This document shows, one piece after another, positions 62,068-64,000 of a stretch of DNA of 64,000 nucleotides. Made by a program: the position numbers and the translations under genes. This DNA comes from Escherichia coli (GTDB lineage Bacteria; Pseudomonadota; Gammaproteobacteria; Enterobacterales; Enterobacteriaceae). The DNA is taken from the NCBI RefSeq assembly GCF_024700885.2, contig NZ_CP117016.1. One strand, given 5' to 3'. The notes beneath the pieces are model-generated. The model did not search any database. It saw only the letters and a list, made by a program, of their open reading frames with translations, and had not been told where the DNA came from. Numbering within the stretch: position 1 is the first letter of the stretch; every line of letters begins with the position of its first letter.

Positions 62068-64000
62068 CAATACAGACGGTTACGCAGATTTCAGCCGCCG
62101 CACGGGGGAAATGGCCCGTTATTCTGCAGATGCTGCGTATTGATGTACCTGAAAACGGCAGGCACGGTCCCTGCCCGAAATGTGGGGGCAAGGATCGTTT
62201 TCGCCTTGATGACCTTGACGGGCGCGGGACGTGGATCTGCAGCCAGTGTGGCAATGGTGACGGTCTGGATCTGGTTAAGCTCGTAACCGGTTACAGCGTC
62301 AGAAAGGCTGCGCAGGAGGTGGCGCAGGTGCTTAATGTGCCGAATATGCAGGAACTGCCTGTTAAGCCTGCCAGACAAAAAGCCCCTAAACGCGACATGG
62401 GTCTTACCGTGGCGGCGCTGATGAAAGAGAGCCACACGGGAGAAAGCGCCTATCTGACAGGAAAAGGGTTCGCCGGATACCCGGCCTCTCTGACCGGAAG
62501 CGTGCAGCATATCAGCGGTAAGGATTTCCCTGCCGGTTCCCTGCTGTTACCACTCACGACCAACACCGGAGCCGTGACCGGTGCACAGCTTATCGCCCCG
62601 ACGGGTGAAAAAAGCATACTGCCCGGCAGCACGATGAAAGGCGCGTTTGTGTCGCTCAGCCCGTTACCGTCTGAACCACCGGTACAGGTGGTGATTACCG
62701 AAGGTTACGCTACGGCGCTGACGGTAAGTCAGCTCACTGCCGGATGCGTAGTGGCTGCCATATCTGCGGGCAACCTGCCCAATGTGGCGCAGTCGCTGCG
62801 GGCACGCTGGCCTGAGGTAAAAATTATCATCGCCGGTGATAACGATTTTCAGGACGGAGATGAGAATCCCGGCAGAGCCTTTGCTGAACGGGCGGCAAAA
62901 GCTGTTGGCGGCTGGATGACGCTGCCACCAGGAGAGATTAAGGCTGACTGGAATGACTTTCATCGGGAGCACGGTATTACCCGTGCCCGTGAAGCCTTTC
63001 GCAACGGTCTGGTACTGTGCGGGGAAGGCCGCACGCAACTGCCGCACGGGTTCCGTCTTACCCAGGAATATCTCTGGTATGAAAAGCAGGTACAGCGCAA
63101 CGGTGAGACGGAGATCCAGAACGTCAAAATATGCAGCCCGCTGCGCGTGACGGCAATCACCTGCGATGCCGATGGCGGTAACTTCGGACGACTGCTGGAA
63201 TGGGAAGATACGTGGGGTGAGTGTCGCCGCTGGGCGATGCCGATGGAAATGCTGAGCGGCAGTGGTGAGGAACTGCGCCGGGTACTGCTGGTTAACGGGC
63301 TGTCTTATATCAGCACCACCGGTGAGGCACGCGCACGCCTGATGGAATATATCTCACTGTGTAAACCGGAACGCCGCGTGACCTGCGTCAGTCGTACTGG
63401 CTGGCATGGTCAGGTTTACGTCCTGCAGGATGAGGTCAGCGGTGAAGGTGCAGAGGGTGTCATTCTCCAGACCACTTCCGTGCAGGGGCGTGATTTCCGC
63501 GTGTCGGGCACAACAGAGGAATGGCGGGAGCATGTATCCCGCTACTGTACCGGCAACTCCCGCGTGGCATTTGCTGTCAGCCTGGCCTTTGCTGCACCAC
63601 TGTTACGGCTGGTTGGTATGGACGGCGGCGGCTACCACCTCAAAGGGGAATCGACAGACGGTAAGACCACCACCATGAAAGCGGCAACCTCCGTCTGCGG
63701 CGGGCCTGACTACTGGCAGACATGGCGGGCCACCGGCAACGCGCTGGAGGGATGCGCCAGCCGCCGCAACGATGCCGCCATGATGCTTGATGAGATCCGG
63801 GAAGTTGACGGACGCGAGGCAGGCAATATCGCCTACATGCTGGCAAACGGTCAGGGCAAGGGCCGTGCCGGTACGGACGGTGAGCTGCGTACCCGTAAGC
63901 AGTGGCGCCTGTTGTTCTTTTCAACTGGCGAGTTGTCTCTGACCGAACATGCGGCAAAGGCCGGTGAGCGTACTTTTGCCGGGATGGAAGTCAGGATGAT
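62064..64000 (+). CDS. P4 alpha-like primase/helicase; 3' end beyond window
   Basis: Open frame from ATG 62064 to the window end (not in the ORF track): zinc-binding motif CPKCGGKDRF...CSQCG, TOPRIM-like VITEGYATA / IIAGDND, Walker A GESTDGKTT. Confidence 0.85.
   Translation, partial: MTIQTVTQISAAARGKWPVILQMLRIDVPENGRHGPCPKCGGKDRFRLDDLDGRGTWICSQCGNGDGLDLVKLVTGYSVRKAAQEVAQVLNVPNMQELPVKPARQKAPKRDMGLTVAALMKESHTGESAYLTGKGFAGYPASLTGSVQHISGKDFPAGSLLLPLTTNTGAVTGAQLIAPTGEKSILPGSTMKGAFVSLSPLPSEPPVQVVITEGYATALTVSQLTAGCVVAAISAGNLPNVAQSLRARWPEVKIIIAGDNDFQDGDENPGRAFAERAAKAVGGWMTLPPGEIKADWNDFHREHGITRAREAFRNGLVLCGEGRTQLPHGFRLTQEYLWYEKQVQRNGETEIQNVKICSPLRVTAITCDADGGNFGRLLEWEDTWGECRRWAMPMEMLSGSGEELRRVLLVNGLSYISTTGEARARLMEYISLCKPERRVTCVSRTGWHGQVYVLQDEVSGEGAEGVILQTTSVQGRDFRVSGTTEEWREHVSRYCTGNSRVAFAVSLAFAAPLLRLVGMDGGGYHLKGESTDGKTTTMKAATSVCGGPDYWQTWRATGNALEGCASRRNDAAMMLDEIREVDGREAGNIAYMLANGQGKGRAGTDGELRTRKQWRLLFFSTGELSLTEHAAKAGERTFAGMEVRM

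Overview
Enterobacterial (E. coli-like) chromosomal segment with three accessory blocks set in conserved core genes. (1) Positions 1-28.3 kb: a type VI secretion system (T6SS) island. The core operon lies on the minus strand (tssA-like partial at the window edge, VasI-like, clpV, tssL, tssK, tssJ, tagH, tssG, tssF, tssE, tssC, tssB), divergent from hcp-vgrG and two tandem Rhs effector genes, each with a low-GC C-terminal toxin module and a downstream immunity gene. Rhs1 is an intact ORF with an HExxH motif in its toxin domain. Rhs2 is disrupted by four lesions. An orphan Rhs remnant and an ISAs1-family (H-repeat) transposase follow. (2) Core genes yafV-ivy-fadE-gmhA-yafJ-yafK-yafL, a HicA/HicB-like toxin-antitoxin pair, then a partial Flag-2 lateral flagellar cluster (lfhA, lfhB, lfiR/Q/P/N/M; lafK cut by IS1 with loss of the middle genes; lafS, lafT, lafU), followed by dinB-yafNOP, ykfJ/prfH remnants, pepD, gpt, frsA, crl, phoE, proB, proA and tRNA-Thr (thrW). 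(3) From 58 kb: a P4/CP4-like integrative island at thrW (integrase, an AT-rich 274-aa cargo gene of unknown function, alpA, small ORFs, a primase running off the window). The best candidates for undescribed biology are the two Rhs toxin/immunity modules and the cargo gene next to the integrase. All calls rest on reading the supplied translations and DNA; no database search was run.
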